NCBI GenBank assembly: GCA_973895155.1
Contig: OZ316892.1
Location: 19,789,869 to 19,853,868 of the forward strand
Length of the DNA: 64,000 bases
Origin: Marsupella aquatica
Lineage: Eukaryota; Plantae; Marchantiophyta
Reading direction: 5' to 3'
This document shows, one piece after another, positions 59,946 to 64,000 of this stretch (positions are counted from its first letter, which is position 1; each line of letters begins with the position of its first letter). The translations under genes and the position numbers were made by a program. The notes beneath the pieces were generated by a model. It saw nothing but the letters and a program-made list of their open reading frames with translations. It was not told where the DNA came from and did not search any database.

Positions 59946-62900
59946 TGTTATGAATACACAAGATGATAGTAGTCAATAATCCCCACTCACTTCCATTATG
60001 CCAAGGACTTATATAGTCCAGAAGGGTTAACATGGTTGGGTTAATGTTAACCTATCCTATATTAGGGTTAAGTCATATTATGGGTTATAACACTTCCCCT
60101 TGGTTAATTGGACGGGGTGTCAAGGAACCACACATTTAACCCTAGTTTAAAAGTGGGAGTCACTTATGATGTAGCCTCATCAAACCTTGCTGCTTTCCTC
60201 TCAAGGAAGAGTACTACCATCATTACAATTTGTGGTCCCTAATTCAGAAAGTCTCTAATGTGTATGCTCTAAGTCTAAAAGTAGCCTATTACTGTCTAAG
60301 CCAGTGGGCTAAGAGTAAGTAAGCGTTTATTTGTTACTCTAGTCGGGGTAGTATTGTATTCATGACGGGGGAACATGTGTCTCTCTGTAAACTGTTCGTT
60401 AGATACTACGATTTAGTAGTTTGTCGAGGTTCTACTTCGATTTTGCGTTGGCTGTGTGTTCGTGTCGGGAGTTGTCGTTAGTCGAGGAGGTTAGGGAGGA
60501 GAGACGATGCATTCCAATGGCGCTGACGTGCTTTCGATGTGTAGTCGCTGGTAGCGGCTTGGTGAAGAGGTCGGCGCAATTGTCTTGTGAGCTTATTCAC
60601 TTTACTTGTATTTGCTTTCCGCTGTGTTCGTGCGTAAAGAAAAATTTCGGGTCTATGTGCTTGGTTCGATCGGTCTTCATGTAGCCTGTAACTATCTGGT
60701 CGACGCATGCCCTATTGTCCTCGTAGATGGTGGTTGGATTTGTGAGTAAGGTTTTTCCTATCTGTTTGAGTATATGTGTGATTATACTACGGAGCCAAAT
60801 CGCTTCGCGGCATGCCTCATAGAGGGCAATTACTTCGGCGTGATTCGATGACGTTGTGGTTAGGCTCTGCTTCGTGCTTCTCCAAGATATGGCGGTTTTA
60901 CCCTGCAAGAAGACGTATCCTGTCTGTGACTTTGAATCTTGGGGGTCTGAGAGGTATCCAGCGTCCGCGTATCCTGTAAGTTCATCCTCGCTTTCGTTGG
61001 GGAAGAATAGTCCCATGTCAATTGTTCCTTGGAGGTATCGGAATACTCATTTTATGCCGTTCCAGTGGCGTATTGTCGGGTGCGCGCTATGTCGTGCGAG
61101 GAGGCTCACTGCAAAGGATATATCCGGTCGGGTGTTGTTGGCCAGGTAAAGGAGGGCTCCGATAGCCGATAAGTATGGCTTATCTGAATCTAGTATTGGT
61201 TCGTTGTCCTGTCTTTGCCTGAACATGTCCTTCGCAGTGTCTAAGGATCTCAGCTCCATTGGTGTTGATACCGGGTATGCCTTTTGCATATTGAATTGTT
61301 GGAGGATTTTGTTTGTATAGGTAGACTGGCTAATGAATGTGCCTGTCTGTAGGTGATCGAACTGAAGGCCGAGGCAGTAAGTCGGTTCTCCCAGTTCTTT
61401 CATCTCGAAAATGCCCTTCATTGTGTTGATTGTTTGTCGTAATAGTCGTTGTGTACCGAAGAGATTAATGTCATCGACATATAGCGCTAACACGACGAAC
61501 TCTGTGTCTACTCTTTTGATGAATATACAGGGCGCTATGTCTTCTGTAATAAATCCGAGTGCTTGTATTTCGGTTTTAAATTTCTGGTACCATATACGGC
61601 CGCTTTGTTTCAGGCCGTTTATGGATTTCAATACTTGCACAGCAAATGCCTGCTGTCCAGTCCTTCGTTTTCCGGGGTACTGGAGTGGTGCTTTCTGTGT
61701 GTTGCCACTGCTCAACACAAGGCCTTTACAATTATCATTAGGGATAATCTGGTCAATTCCCGACTTCATATCCTTGCTCAGGTTCGGGTATTGCTTCCCC
61801 TGAATGTGTTCTGCCACTCTTTCGAGTAATTCCTTTGGTGCTTTCATATGAATTTCGGAGTCTAAGACTCCATATAGGTATGCCGTTACTACGTCCATAA
61901 GGATATTGCATAACTGGTGTTTGCGAGAGAAAGCAATTAAATACCTGAATGTCGTCACGTCCATTACTGGTGAATATGTTAGATCATAGTCCCTGCCTGG
62001 GATCTGGGTGTATCCTTTTGCTACTAACCGCGCTCTGTATCTGATAACATCACCTTTTGCATTTCGCTTTTTAATGAACGTAAATCGGCTGTCTGTATAG
62101 TCATTGTTAGGATCAACTTGTTTGACTGGTCCGAAGACTTGTCGACGGATTAGTGCATCCATTTCTGTGTCAATGGCCTCTTTCCAGTGTGGCCAATCTG
62201 ACCTTGTTTGTGCTTCTTTGATTGTTAAAGGGTCCGAAGTATCATTGGTTATTTCTTGAGCTATATGGTAAGCAAATTGTTCGTCGACAGTAGTGTTTTG
62301 TCTCGTGTAAATTTGTCCTGTATGCTTATACTGAATTGACATCTCCTCATTACCCGATATGTCTGGTGTCTCGGATTCATTATTAATGAAGTGAAAAGTA
62401 GTTTCAGGAATTACCTGATGGGGGCGTCTTTGGCGGGGTCGGGTATCATGTGATCCTGGTGGCCTACCTCTTTTCGCCTTAGGGGCAGTTACTGTTGCTG
62501 GAGGAGTATTCATTTGTACTCTGGCTGGTACATTGGTTGCCTCGTTGTGGGATTTTGTAACATTTGCTGCATCATTAAATGCATCTGGGATCTTATCTAG
62601 CATCTCGTGGAGGTGGAGTAATCGTCTAACTTCTGCATCCGTTTGTTTCGTCCTCGGGTCCTGGTTGAGTAAGTTTCTGCTGTTCCAGTTGATCTGGTGT
62701 GGGTGCAAGTCCCCTGTCATTTGTTTGTCTATGCTTAGGGTGGGAAAAGTGTCTTCGTAAAAATGACAATCTGTATGTCTGGCCTTAAACACATCGGCTG
62801 TTGTCGGTTCCAGGTAGCGAATGATCGAGGATGAGTCATTTCCGATGTAGATTCCTTCTTGTCTTTGAGGTCCGATTTTTGTACGCTTGGGTCCCAGTAT

Positions 62901-64000
62901 TGGGACCATGACTTTGCATCCAAATACCCACAGGTGTGACAGGTCTGGAGGTAGTCCGAACGCTAAGTGGTGTGGAGTCTTTGTGTTGAACGCCGATGGT
63001 CTGTATTGAAGCAGTGTGGCAGCATGGAGGACTGCGTGTCCCCATGTGGATAGGGGTAACTTTGAATTCATTAACAGGGGTCTGGTTATCATCTGTATAC
63101 GCTTGATAACGGATTCTGCCATTCCGTTTTGGAAATGGACATATGGGACTGAGTATTCAGTGTCAATGCCCGCTGCCCAGCAAAACTCATCGAATGCTTT
63201 TGAGGTGAATTCCCCTGCACCATCCACTCTCAGTTTCCGAATTGGATGTTCTGGGAATTGTGCTTTAAGCTTTAGAATGTTGGCCAGTATCCTAGCGAAG
63301 ACCAAGTTGCGTGTAGAGAGTAGAGATACTTGCAGCCATTTGGTCGAAGAGTTGATGATGGCCAGGAAATACTTAAACGGTCCACTTGGTGGGTGGATCG
63401 GGCCGCATACATCTGCGTTCAGGTGTTCCAGGAAGTTCGGGATGGCATAGATTGTCTTCTGTATTTGTGGGCGTGTAATCAGCTTCCCCTGAGAGCACGC
63501 CAGGCATTGCCTTTGTTTTGTTGATGGGTTGACTCCTTGGGGGATTCCACGGGAGTCATGAATAATTCTGCGGTACATATTTACTCCGGGGTGTCCCAGT
63601 CGACAGTGCCATAAGTATGTGATATCAGGTAAGTCTGCAGTGACATAGTGAGCTTGAATTTGAGTTGCGTAGAGGCCTGGTGGTATAAGGGGTAAGGTTT
63701 CTTTAATATGTATACCTTGTTCGGTAACCTCCACGATTTGGAGGGTATCTTCCTCGTCTGTTTTCACTGTGCGCAGTTGATATTTATTTGCGACTATATC
63801 TTGGAAGCTGATGAGGTTCCTTGTAGCTCGCGGGGCGAATATCGCTGCTTCGATGGCGAGTGCAGTGCCTCCTGGGAATATTACCGTGGCTGTGCCTTTA
63901 CCCTCCTCAATCTGGTTTGTGCCTGAAATGGTGGTCATATGCCGGGCTGATGGGGTAATTGAGTGGAAATATTTCTTGTCCTTTAGTATTGTATGAGACG
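59946..64000 (-). mobile_element. Second Ty1/copia (Bianca-type) retrotransposon, 3' part; continues beyond the window
   Basis: Candidate 3' LTR TGTTATG...TTATAACA at 59946-60092 with an adjacent PPT (CTTCCCCTTGG on plus). The pol is homologous to copia 1. Confidence 0.88.
60450..64000 (-). pseudogene. Copia pol (integrase, RT, RNase H) with nonsense codons at 61047 and 60597
   Basis: Motifs WHCRLGHPG, ADVCGP, YRARLVAKGY, YVDDI and IYEDN. ADLFTKPL continues in frame after the TGA at 60597. Confidence 0.92.

Overview
Plant nuclear heterochromatin, probably from a bryophyte-like land plant (inferred from the TE protein types; the species cannot be named). It is a nest of transposons with no intact host gene. 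(1) About 1.4-24.55 kb is a Mutator-like unit. Its minus-strand DDE/SWIM transposase can be rejoined after removing two insertions (a 9.2-kb CACTA element with TSD AAC and a 3.0-kb TIR element with TSD AACC). A divergent multi-exon gene encodes a ParB/Srx-like domain fused to a beta-class N4/N6 DNA-methyltransferase-like domain. The unit's non-coding DNA, including introns, carries 18 copies of the palindrome TAGCGCCNGGCGCTA. (2) From about 24.6 kb to past 59.9 kb is a large CACTA element (TnpD plus a TnpA-like gene). Upstream of TnpD lie small ORFs, one beginning with a histone-H3-tail mimic (MARTKHKARK) fused to EDM2-type PHD fingers. Nested in this element are a recent Bianca-type Ty1/copia (itself hit by a MITE), a Pack-CACTA carrying prenyl-diphosphate synthase exons, two ORF-bearing TG..CA solo-LTR-like inserts, a Sola2-like transposase fragment, and a second Bianca copia that runs off the window. 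Most genes carry nonsense mutations of the C>T/G>A type. All protein family calls come from motifs recognised by eye, not from database searches.
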